NCBI GenBank assembly: GCA_040954595.2
Contig: CM082580.2
Coordinates: forward strand, 3,462,783-3,526,782
Reading direction: 5' to 3'
From: Balanoglossus misakiensis
Taxonomy: Eukaryota; Animalia; Hemichordata
Length of the DNA stretch: 64,000 nucleotides
Shown here: positions 61,701 to 64,000 of the stretch, one piece after another
Layout of the letters: each line of letters starts with the position of its first letter
How positions within the stretch are numbered: the first letter of the stretch is position 1
The notes under the pieces: generated by a model
Seen by the model: only the letters and a program-made list of their open reading frames with translations
Databases searched by the model: none
What the model was told of the DNA's origin: nothing
Made by a program: the position numbers and the translations under genes

Positions 61701-63732
61701 AATATTTTTCATTAAAGATAAAATACGCTCCCCCCCCCAATTATAAATAACTGCCATTCTTACCATCTTTAGTTCCAATGGTATGATCCGCTGGTGGTCC
61801 AGTGTTGGAACGACCTTGATTGCCCTGTTGTCTGCTCCAATCCAGATCATCCCCTCCAAGCAGACCATTTTCTTCATTGATCCATGAACACCAGTCAATC
61901 TCAAAATCACAGTCCCATTCACTGGGTGGCTGCGTGGGTTGCGTGATGATAGTTTGTGCTGTTGTTACTGGTTGTACTGTGGGCACATCTATTTAAAATT
62001 GTCAAAAAATGCTGCAATTTAAGTAATGTGGTATAACAGGCAGCACTTGCATCAAAAATTTTTGGGAAAAATTGGATTCAGGTGTGGCTTTCTGTTGATT
62101 ACTCAATGATTCATTAGACTAGACAACAGTGAAACCTGTCTATTAAGGACACCTCTGGGACAAAAAATCTGTCCTTTATAGACAAGTGTCCTAAATACAC
62201 AGGTAATATTCTATTACAACCATGACTTTTGTCTTGAATAATCTGTCCTTAATAGAGAGGTGTCCTGATTAGAAAGGTTTCAGTGATGACAGGTTTCACT
62301 GTAGTTATAAACATTGTAAGACAGGAAAATTATGCATCAGTACATCACTTGTAGCGGGTCTTCTTGCAATCAACTATCAAGCTGATTTCCTGCCATGCAT
62401 CGATTCCAGTTATATATTTAAATTACATGAACATCATGCTTGTGTTGAAAGTCTTACCTGAGCAAAGTTCTGTCAGTAAAGAGATGTCATCCAATGCAAT
62501 ATAACCAAGAGTACCTGGCAGACTCGCATGAGCTTCAAATACAAACTGATTGAGAAAATCAATAGTGAATGTAAGATTTCTGGATCTGATTATTGTCTCA
62601 CAGTTTAACAACATGTTGATTGTTTGGAGTTCAATCTTTCCGGATGGAAAATAAACAGTTTGTTAGCCGTCCAGAGATAAAACATTCAATCACTACTACA
62701 CCTGCAATTTATTGAACTCTCACCAAGATATGAAACACATAGTTCACCAATCTTGACTGTAATCATGAGAGATTGCAATGTGAAAATCCATCCATACGAA
62801 ACGTATGAGAGATTGCAATGTGAAAATCCATCCATACAAAATGTATAAGAGATTGCAATGTGAAAATCCATCCATACAAAACGTAATCCCTTTCCCGACC
62901 ATTAAAGCGAACGAGGTGAATAGAAACCATACCTGATATTCTACAGAACTCTCAAAATTAAAAGCTCCACGGATCCAATCTGAACCTTTAGAGCCTGACA
63001 CAGTAAACTTTTCCAGTCTTGTCTCTGGATTTTCACTGTCAACCAAGAACACTTTCATGGTGCCAACTTCTGATAAGTAAACAAAAACAAACAAACATGC
63101 AGAACAATTTAGTAAGTGGTTTCCATTGTCTACAATGATACAAGAAGTATATGTAAATTCAAATTCTCCACAATGTCCATTGCAAGCATCACACTTAGTG
63201 TGTGTGGGATTTCAAAGTACAGTTTTTAACAAAGCTAAATATATATATTATATCTATCTAGCTGAACTTGCAGGAACTTCAGCCAGTTTTTACTCGAACT
63301 GTCAATAAATTTTTACATGCACACTATCGTACATCACAAGGGTATTCTAATATAGACCCTATATGAGAAAGCAATTTACTTATCTGGAACATTGAACACA
63401 TCATTTGAACACTGAGCACGAAAACTCATAGATAATAATCTTACCTTTACAGTAAATCCTGAAGTTTTTAAATACACTCACTTACATGTATTAGACTTTT
63501 CAACACATTTACATGTATTTTCATTTAAGACACAATTCAAAAACACATGTCCTATCACGACGTGTTTCAACAATTGTGTATACTGCATCACAACACATAC
63601 CGTTATCATAGCCATACATTTGATAGTAGAATTCCAGACATGATCCCTCTGTCGCCTCGAAATGTTCACTAACAAGGTCACCTCTTGTGCCAAACGGAGC
63701 TGACCGGGCTGAATCTACAAACACATACCAAC
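17746..63732 (-). CDS. MALRD1: Giant MAM and LDL-receptor class A domain-containing type I membrane protein (MALRD1/MAMDC4-like); multi-exon, 5' end beyond window; about 3,700 aa visible (18 MAM, 12 LDLa, TM, cytoplasmic tail)
   Basis: Repeated MAM signatures (CDFE..CGW, GP..DHT, FWYHMYG, GDQG..W, IAIDDI) and LDLa signatures (C..DC.D.SDE..C) in 71 exons with GT-AG boundaries whose phases join into one open frame ending in TAG at 17746-17748. The symbol is a family-level call; orthology is not established. Confidence 0.92.
18215..18250 (-). CDS. 36-nt cytoplasmic exon
   Basis: TTTTACAG|[12 protein letters not shown]|GTAAG; phase 0-0. Confidence 0.8.
18320..18489. mobile_element. TA-flanked MITE family 1 (TACTGTAAAACACTTTATTTT..TTTTACAGTA), Tc1/mariner-like
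   Basis: Terminal inverted repeats; same family at 26919, 28580, 35666 and partial copies near 21888, 32000-32141, 51764. Confidence 0.8.
18740..18957. mobile_element. piggyBac-like MITE
   Basis: TTAA-CCCTCTGAACGCCA..TGGCATTGAAAGGG-TTAA. Confidence 0.7.
19665..19749 (-). CDS. candidate alternative cytoplasmic exon B
   Basis: TGTAG|[29 protein letters not shown]|GTGAG; phase 2-0; NPxF motif. Confidence 0.72.
20033..20120 (-). CDS. candidate alternative cytoplasmic exon A
   Basis: TGCAG|[30 protein letters not shown]|GTAAG; phase 2-0. Confidence 0.65.
20405..20498 (-). CDS. exon, transmembrane helix
   Basis: [30 protein letters not shown]: hydrophobic span followed by basic stop-transfer residues; GTGAG donor, phase 2. 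Confidence 0.9.
21050..21292. mobile_element. TTAA-site MITE (Kolobok-like); partial second copy at ~25602-25710
   Basis: TTAA-AGGGACAAAGTCTCTCTC..GAGAGAGACACTTTGTCCCT-CTAA. Confidence 0.7.
21327..21362 (-). CDS. 36-nt exon, juxtamembrane linker
   Basis: [11 protein letters not shown]; polypyrimidine..TGCAG acceptor, GTTTG donor, phase 1-1. Confidence 0.75.
21648..21794 (-). CDS. exon, divergent LDLa 12
   Basis: [41 protein letters not shown]. Confidence 0.87.
21979..22878. mobile_element. pogo/Tigger-like non-autonomous element inserted into a family-1 MITE
   Basis: TA-CAGTAAAACCTGTCAAAACCGGAC..GTCCGGTTTTGACAGGTTTTAATG-TA; the host MITE sequence resumes on each side. Confidence 0.85.
22925..23148. 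mobile_element. repeat fragment ending GGCAGCTATAGAGGCTTTAA; second copy ~54340-54548
   Basis: The two copies align over about 200 bp; TTAA terminus. Confidence 0.7.
23250..23457 (-). CDS. exon, MAM r end
   Basis: [32 protein letters not shown]. Confidence 0.9.
24069..24160. repeat. 30-bp minisatellite, ~3 copies
   Basis: ttggttttcagaactaaattttaaaataat repeated. Confidence 0.85.
24173..24324 (-). CDS. exon, MAM r
   Basis: [30 protein letters not shown]. Confidence 0.9.
24765..24914 (-). CDS. exon, MAM r start
   Basis: [26 protein letters not shown]. Confidence 0.9.
25278..25403 (-). CDS. exon, LDLa 11
   Basis: [36 protein letters not shown]. Confidence 0.92.
25892..26245 (-). CDS. exon, MAM q
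   Basis: [38 protein letters not shown]. Confidence 0.92.
26729..26875 (-). CDS. exon, MAM q start
   Basis: [24 protein letters not shown]. Confidence 0.9.
26919..27132. mobile_element. MITE family 1 copy
   Basis: TACTGTAAAACACTTTATTT..AAATAAAGTGTTTTACAGTA. Confidence 0.85.
27139..27351 (+). mobile_element. 5'-truncated L2/CR1-group LINE 3' end
   Basis: [38 protein letters not shown] (27142-27267) resembles an ORF2 C-terminus; short 3' UTR and (GATT)n tail follow. Confidence 0.85.
27895..28138 (-). CDS. exon, MAM p end + LDLa 10
   Basis: [34 protein letters not shown]. Confidence 0.9.
28580..28791. mobile_element. MITE family 1 copy
   Basis: TIRs as above, opposite orientation to 26919. 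Confidence 0.85.
28935..29111 (-). CDS. exon, MAM p
   Basis: [23 protein letters not shown]. Confidence 0.9.
29249..29425. mobile_element. TTAA-site MITE (Kolobok-like)
   Basis: TTAA-AGGTATACGGTCAC..GTGACTGTATACCT-TTAA. Confidence 0.75.
29601..29751. mobile_element. Penelope-like retroelement remnant (inverted terminal repeat)
   Basis: ~55-bp inverted arms (gtagcactctttgatcaacagttgaaat..cagcatgagctttcg) around a hammerhead core. Confidence 0.75.
29644..29684 (-). ncRNA. minimal type I hammerhead ribozyme motif (Penelope-type)
   Basis: Minus strand CAT-CTGAAGA-A-GGGGAC-TACAT-GTTCCC-GAAA-GCTC-ATG: CUGANGA and GAAA core, stem II, palindromic AGCT stem III. Confidence 0.65.
29930..30027 (-). 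CDS. exon, MAM p
   Basis: [27 protein letters not shown]. Confidence 0.9.
30649..30798 (-). CDS. exon, MAM p start
   Basis: [28 protein letters not shown]. Confidence 0.9.
31165..31287 (-). CDS. exon, LDLa 9
   Basis: [35 protein letters not shown]. Confidence 0.92.
31866..31950 (-). CDS. exon, MAM o end
   Basis: [28 protein letters not shown]. Confidence 0.9.
32286..32542 (-). CDS. exon, MAM o
   Basis: [27 protein letters not shown]. Confidence 0.9.
32975..33145 (-). CDS. exon, MAM o start
   Basis: [23 protein letters not shown]. Confidence 0.9.
33724..33900 (-). CDS. exon, Pro/Thr linker + LDLa 8
   Basis: [31 protein letters not shown]. Confidence 0.9.
34344..34443 (-). CDS. exon, MAM n end (donor may instead give 34353-34443)
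   Basis: [26 protein letters not shown]; two in-phase GT donors 9 nt apart. Confidence 0.82.
34766..34936 (-). CDS. exon, MAM n
   Basis: [21 protein letters not shown]. Confidence 0.9.
35167..35238. repeat. 30-bp inverted repeat with 12-nt loop
   Basis: caaaaatgaattcaaaagcgacttcactat / atagtgaagttgcttttgaattcatttttg. Confidence 0.85.
35243..35450. mobile_element. TTAA-site MITE; same right end near 28862-28885 and 56920-56943
   Basis: TTAA-AGGCACATGAGCTGCAAC..GTTGCAGCTCATGGGCT-TTAA. Confidence 0.7.
35481..35584 (-). CDS. exon, MAM n
   Basis: [34 protein letters not shown]. Confidence 0.9.
35666..35880. mobile_element. MITE family 1 copy
   Basis: TIRs TACTGTAAAACACTTTATT / AATAAAGTGTTTTACAGTA. 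Confidence 0.85.
36048..36197 (-). CDS. exon, MAM n start
   Basis: [20 protein letters not shown]. Confidence 0.9.
36260..36410 (-). mobile_element. decayed tRNA-derived SINE-like fragment
   Basis: Resembles the common marine-invertebrate SINE body (gtacc..tacac.tgg..gt.gg..ag..caagga.acagca); heavily diverged. Confidence 0.35.
36528..36768 (-). CDS. exon, MAM m end + LDLa 7
   Basis: [24 protein letters not shown]. Confidence 0.9.
37019..37281 (-). CDS. exon, MAM m
   Basis: [19 protein letters not shown]. Confidence 0.9.
37515..38245. mobile_element. non-autonomous Crypton-like element with long terminal hairpin
   Basis: GC-rich imperfect palindrome at 37521-37644, then TTATCATATGCCT whose reverse complement AGGCATATGATAA recurs near 38230; CpG-rich interior. 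Confidence 0.6.
38486..38629 (-). CDS. exon, MAM m start
   Basis: [20 protein letters not shown]. Confidence 0.9.
39278..39412 (-). CDS. exon, LDLa 6
   Basis: [30 protein letters not shown]. Confidence 0.9.
39525..39660 (-). CDS. exon, MAM l end + linker
   Basis: [34 protein letters not shown]. Confidence 0.88.
39699..39936. repeat. (CAT)n microsatellite
   Basis: Seen directly. Confidence 0.95.
40087..40251 (-). CDS. exon, MAM l
   Basis: [22 protein letters not shown]. Confidence 0.9.
40817..40920 (-). CDS. exon, MAM l
   Basis: [24 protein letters not shown]. Confidence 0.9.
41651..41812 (-). CDS. exon, MAM l start
   Basis: [28 protein letters not shown]. Confidence 0.9.
42012..42587. 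mobile_element. Kolobok-like element (TTAA TSD) inserted into a pogo-like MITE fragment (~41958-42610)
   Basis: TTAA-AGGTCTAATGCCATGC..GCATGGCATTAGACCT-TTAA; the uninterrupted host sequence is seen at 62127-62301. Confidence 0.85.
42745..43350 (-). mobile_element. 5'-truncated CR1/L2-group (Crack/Daphne-like) LINE 3' end
   Basis: Minus frame [55 protein letters not shown] (stop 43021-43023), 3' UTR and (ATT)n tail; 5' limit approximate. Confidence 0.82.
43445..43661 (-). CDS. exon, MAM k end + LDLa 5
   Basis: [31 protein letters not shown]. Confidence 0.9.
44058..44323 (-). CDS. exon, MAM k
   Basis: [24 protein letters not shown]. Confidence 0.9.
44901..45044 (-). CDS. exon, MAM k start
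   Basis: [22 protein letters not shown]. Confidence 0.9.
45438..45557 (-). CDS. exon, LDLa 4
   Basis: [36 protein letters not shown]. Confidence 0.92.
45861..45948 (-). CDS. exon, MAM j end
   Basis: [29 protein letters not shown]. Confidence 0.9.
46577..46713 (-). CDS. exon, MAM j
   Basis: [31 protein letters not shown]. Confidence 0.9.
47250..47384 (-). CDS. exon, MAM j
   Basis: [34 protein letters not shown]. Confidence 0.9.
47714..47857 (-). CDS. exon, MAM j start
   Basis: [23 protein letters not shown]. Confidence 0.9.
48465..48617 (-). CDS. exon, MAM i end
   Basis: [26 protein letters not shown]. Confidence 0.9.
49019..49222 (-). CDS. exon, MAM i
   Basis: [25 protein letters not shown]. 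Confidence 0.9.
49465..49602 (-). CDS. exon, MAM i start
   Basis: [24 protein letters not shown]. Confidence 0.87.
49897..49990 (-). CDS. exon, MAM h end
   Basis: [27 protein letters not shown]. Confidence 0.87.
50194..50453 (-). CDS. exon, MAM h
   Basis: [20 protein letters not shown]. Confidence 0.9.
50563..50706 (-). CDS. exon, MAM h start
   Basis: [26 protein letters not shown]. Confidence 0.9.
50803..50920 (-). CDS. exon, MAM g end
   Basis: [24 protein letters not shown]. Confidence 0.88.
51077..51342 (-). CDS. exon, MAM g
   Basis: [28 protein letters not shown]. Confidence 0.9.
51523..51657 (-). CDS. exon, MAM g start
   Basis: [21 protein letters not shown]. Confidence 0.87.
52030..52640. 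mobile_element. non-autonomous Crypton-like element with long terminal hairpin
   Basis: ~140-nt imperfect palindrome at 52493-52636; short palindrome gtccaataacaccggggttattggac near the other end; CpG-rich interior. Confidence 0.55.
52897..53134 (-). CDS. exon, MAM f end + LDLa 3
   Basis: [36 protein letters not shown]. Confidence 0.92.
53347..53517 (-). CDS. exon, MAM f
   Basis: [26 protein letters not shown]. Confidence 0.9.
53843..54138 (-). CDS. exon, MAM f start
   Basis: [21 protein letters not shown]. Confidence 0.9.
54707..54826 (-). CDS. exon, LDLa 2
   Basis: [35 protein letters not shown]. Confidence 0.92.
55092..55176 (-). CDS. exon, MAM e end
   Basis: [28 protein letters not shown]. 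Confidence 0.9.
55323..55453 (-). CDS. exon, MAM e
   Basis: [30 protein letters not shown]. Confidence 0.9.
55717..55868. repeat. (CAT)n/(CACCAT)n microsatellite
   Basis: Seen directly. Confidence 0.95.
55888..56013 (-). CDS. exon, MAM e
   Basis: [20 protein letters not shown]. Confidence 0.9.
56408..56548 (-). CDS. exon, MAM e start
   Basis: [27 protein letters not shown]. Confidence 0.9.
56980..57181 (-). CDS. exon, MAM d end + atypical LDLa 1
   Basis: [30 protein letters not shown]. Confidence 0.9.
57799..57930 (-). CDS. exon, MAM d
   Basis: [36 protein letters not shown]. Confidence 0.88.
58371..58510 (-). CDS. exon, MAM d
   Basis: [26 protein letters not shown]. Confidence 0.9.
58802..58945 (-). 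CDS. exon, MAM d start
   Basis: [23 protein letters not shown]. Confidence 0.9.
59194..59418 (-). CDS. exon, MAM c end
   Basis: [38 protein letters not shown]. Confidence 0.9.
59649..59765 (-). CDS. exon, MAM c
   Basis: [17 protein letters not shown]. Confidence 0.9.
60098..60250 (-). CDS. exon, MAM c start
   Basis: [30 protein letters not shown]. Confidence 0.9.
60888..61064 (-). CDS. exon, MAM b end
   Basis: [36 protein letters not shown]. Confidence 0.9.
61405..61581 (-). CDS. exon, MAM b
   Basis: [19 protein letters not shown]. Confidence 0.9.
61764..61988 (-). CDS. exon, Pro/Thr linker + MAM b start
   Basis: [31 protein letters not shown]. Confidence 0.9.
62127..62301. mobile_element. 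pogo/Tigger-like MITE
   Basis: CAGTGAAACCTGTC..GACAGGTTTCACTG-TA with GGACACCTCT subterminal motifs. Confidence 0.8.
62458..62545 (-). CDS. exon, MAM a end
   Basis: [29 protein letters not shown]; phase 0-1. Confidence 0.9.
62765..62885. repeat. ~40-bp minisatellite, 3 copies
   Basis: gagattgcaatgtgaaaatccatccatac repeated three times. Confidence 0.9.
62933..63069 (-). CDS. exon, MAM a
   Basis: [33 protein letters not shown]; phase 1-0. Confidence 0.9.
63601..63732 (-). CDS. exon, MAM a
   Basis: [34 protein letters not shown]; AG/GT, phase 1-1. Confidence 0.9.
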
Positions 63733-64000
63733 CTGAAAATGACATGGTCATACGATTAGTGTCATGATTAGAAATTGTATGGGAAAACACTAGCAAATTG
63801 AGGACAAGCTGTCTTTAAATTCAATATAAATGTTCAACAATTGGATTTTTCTGAGAAATGAAGAAAAGTCAATGTATTATGGTACAAATTGGCCATACAT
63901 GTCTAGAACTGCATCCCAAAATTGTCACATATAAGACAGGACAAATCTTCAATACTTATACACATAAATGTTAAATGTAAACATTTGCTGATTGGGAAAT

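Noticed and set aside
62765-62885. Short regularly spaced repeats (also 24069-24160) as a CRISPR array
   Set aside because: No unique spacers, no cas genes, eukaryotic intron context.
17746-63732. Several separate MAM genes, or a Dscam-like array of alternative ectodomain exons
   Set aside because: All ectodomain exons join in one frame, in correct domain order, with no internal stop, signal peptide or redundant equivalent exons.

Overview
Animal (marine invertebrate-like; deuterostome/hemichordate is only a guess from repeat content) AT-rich genomic DNA. Positions ~17.0-64.0 kb hold the 3' part of one very large minus-strand gene. It encodes a type I membrane protein of tandem MAM and LDL-receptor class A domains (MALRD1/MAMDC4-like). 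I traced 71 phase-consistent GT-AG coding exons, about 3,700 codons, with the 5' end outside the window. They give 18 MAM domains (the first partial), 12 LDLa modules, a TM helix and a cytoplasmic tail with NPxY/NPxF motifs. The tail appears to have two mutually exclusive exons (20033-20120 vs 19665-19749). One MAM domain (45.9-47.4 kb) is a close internal duplicate of another (62.5-63.7 kb). Positions 1-17 kb are intergenic: an ~880-bp tandem array with Helentron-like features plus nested non-autonomous DNA transposons with clear TIRs/TSDs. Introns carry many MITEs, two LINE 3' ends, Crypton-like hairpins and a Penelope-type inverted repeat with a minimal hammerhead ribozyme. No intact transposase, RNA gene or CRISPR array was seen. 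All coordinates were read by eye.
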